A stretch of DNA of 64,000 bases, taken from the NCBI GenBank assembly GCA_902785275.1, contig CACZYB010000005.1:8865-72864 (forward strand), in the 5' to 3' direction. Origin of the DNA: an uncultured Pseudomonadota bacterium. GTDB lineage: Bacteria; Pseudomonadota; Alphaproteobacteria; Rs-D84; CACZYB01. Below, piece by piece: positions 62,667-64,000 of this stretch (its first letter is position 1; each line of letters starts with the position of its first letter). A model generated the notes under the pieces. It was not told the origin of the DNA and did not search any database. It saw only the letters and a list, made by a program, of their open reading frames with translations. A program made the position numbers and the translations under genes.

Positions 62667-63011
62667 ATGAAAAAATTATTTCTTATCACATTGCTTCTTG
62701 CATCTGAAGGTGTTTTGGCAGGCGTTTCTGAAAATCAAGTTGAAGCGACTCTTGCAAAATATTGTATTTCAAAACCTGCTGAAGTTACTGAAGATGGACA
62801 ACTTACCTGTAATGGTATTTTTGAAGCAACATATAAAAAAGATAGTGGTTGTGACTGCGCAAGCAGTGGTGATACACCAGGGTTTAAACATCTTGTATAT
62901 GATAAAACTGCTCGTAGGTGTAAGCCAAGGTGTCCTGCTGGATATTATATTCAGGACGGAGATGGAACTAAATGTCCTGCCGGTCAATATCAAATAGAAA
63001 TTACTAAATAA
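62667..63011 (+). CDS. Small secreted Cys-rich protein with CPAG.Y motifs
   Basis: Signal peptide MKKLFLITLLLA; 7 Cys; ends CPAGYY...CPAGQYQIEITK. Confidence 0.8.
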   Translation: MKKLFLITLLLASEGVLAGVSENQVEATLAKYCISKPAEVTEDGQLTCNGIFEATYKKDSGCDCASSGDTPGFKHLVYDKTARRCKPRCPAGYYIQDGDGTKCPAGQYQIEITK

Positions 63012-63025
63012 TAGGAGGGTTAAAT

Positions 63026-64000
63026 ATGAAATTACGAAAAGTATCAACAAATACGTTGAGTTTTGTGCTTTTTGGCGCAATACCAGTATATGCACAACAA
63101 TATCACCCATATATGTTAGTGTGTCAAGCATGTCCTGCCGGAACAAAGGGTGATGGTACAACAAGATCTTGTACACCATGTGAAGCTGGTAAGTATTCTT
63201 CTGGTGGTGCTGCGGAATGTACACCATGTGCTGCGGGTTCATCAACAAATAATCAATCAAGACAGGCTTCATGTACACCATGTGTTGCTGGTACATATGC
63301 ATACAATCAAGGGCAGTCATCATGTAACCCTTGTTCAAGAGGAACATGTGCTGTAGGTAAAGGAAATGCATCATGTAAATCATGTACAGGTTCTGGTATC
63401 GCAAATTGTGATCCAACTGATTGTCACGCAACATCTTGCTCTGCTGGTTACGGAAAGGATGGATCAACTTGTGTAGCATGTAGTGAAGGTAAATATTCAC
63501 ACGAAGGGGATAACAGTTGTTCTTCATGTCCTTCTGGAACAAGAAATCCTTGGACTGGCGAATCTAAATGTTATGTATGTAATAATGGTGAATACCAGGA
63601 TGGTACAGGTGAAAAAACTTGTAAGAAATGTGGAAAGGGTTATCAATGCCCAAATACATCATATTCAAGCAATTATGGATTTAATGTAGGTATTTCTACA
63701 CAAACACCTTGTAACTCTGGTCATTACCAAGATGAAGAAGGTAAAGCATCATGTAAAAATTGTTCTGATGGATGGTCAAGTTCTACTTCCGGTGCACAAA
63801 CAGGTTGTAGCCCATGTCCAGAAGGTCAATGGACTGATGGTGCTGGGTATAAATGTCGTCCAGCTGTTGGAACAATAATTTCAACAATACATGAACTTTC
63901 TGGGGCACAACAAAGATCTGGTTCTCTTGGTCACGGTGTTTATGCTTTGGTTCTTGGTGGAGGAAACGGTGGTTCAAATCCAGGTTCTGATTATACATCT
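63026..64000 (+). CDS. Secreted CxxC-repeat protein (GCC2/GCC3, ephrin-receptor-like) followed by the start of a Gly-rich domain; truncated by window end
   Basis: Translated by hand (not in ORF track): AGGAGG Shine-Dalgarno, MKLRKVSTNTLSFVLFGAIPVYA-QQYHPYMLVCQACPAGTKG...CTPCEAGKYS...CTPCAAG...CSPCPEGQW...GVYALVLGGGNGG; open to base 64000. Confidence 0.88.
   Translation, partial: MKLRKVSTNTLSFVLFGAIPVYAQQYHPYMLVCQACPAGTKGDGTTRSCTPCEAGKYSSGGAAECTPCAAGSSTNNQSRQASCTPCVAGTYAYNQGQSSCNPCSRGTCAVGKGNASCKSCTGSGIANCDPTDCHATSCSAGYGKDGSTCVACSEGKYSHEGDNSCSSCPSGTRNPWTGESKCYVCNNGEYQDGTGEKTCKKCGKGYQCPNTSYSSNYGFNVGISTQTPCNSGHYQDEEGKASCKNCSDGWSSSTSGAQTGCSPCPEGQWTDGAGYKCRPAVGTIISTIHELSGAQQRSGSLGHGVYALVLGGGNGGSNPGSDYTS

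Noticed and set aside
62769-63542. 257-aa minus-strand ORF rich in His, Met and Gln
   Set aside because: Antisense shadow of the TGT/CCA/GGT-rich Cys-repeat gene on the plus strand, which has a Shine-Dalgarno and signal peptide
1103-63998. Many 60-150 aa overlapping or antisense ORFs in the track
   Set aside because: They lie inside well-supported genes, lack recognisable motifs and are expected by chance
1-64000. Active UGA-to-Trp recoding (table 4) within this window
   Set aside because: No conserved gene is interrupted by TGA; only the absence of TGA is supported, and that is reported as a finding

Overview
AT-rich chromosomal segment of an Alphaproteobacterium. The evidence for that placement is an RpoA starting IQNNW, alpha-type SspB, NusA ending KARAHWF, and an alpha operon lacking rpsD and rpmJ. 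The gene content suggests a reduced, probably host- or gut-associated lineage (inference). From left to right: accA-accD-lapA-ihfB; a six-gene R64/TCP-like type IVb pilus machine (pilL/tcpQ, pilN, pilO, pilP, pilQ, pilR) with no pilin or peptidase next to it; a porin and queH; a rhamnose-glycan locus (RgpF-like, GT8, GT2, rmlACDB); housekeeping genes; the str operon without tuf, followed by the full S10-spc-alpha cluster; pyrG, clpP, rimP-nusA-infB, tRNA-Glu(CTC), surface or secreted ORFans, dnaK; and a Cys-rich CxxC-repeat surface protein that runs off the right edge and is missing from the supplied ORF track. Main observations: (1) none of the 77 complete genes I checked ends in TGA (60 TAA, 17 TAG) and none contains an in-frame TGA, so UGA looks vacant; (2) a ~200-nt leader with three GNRA hairpins, long-range stems and a terminator precedes a secreted, internally duplicated hairpin protein; (3) the type IVb pilus machine is chromosomal and lacks its pilin; (4) a small membrane ORF sits between rpoA and rplQ; (5) two tandem paralogous ORFans both end in KQR; (6) a pair of Cys-rich secreted proteins may be linked by a disulfide. 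No CRISPR array, rRNA or transposase was seen. All product calls are from motif recognition by eye; no searches were run.
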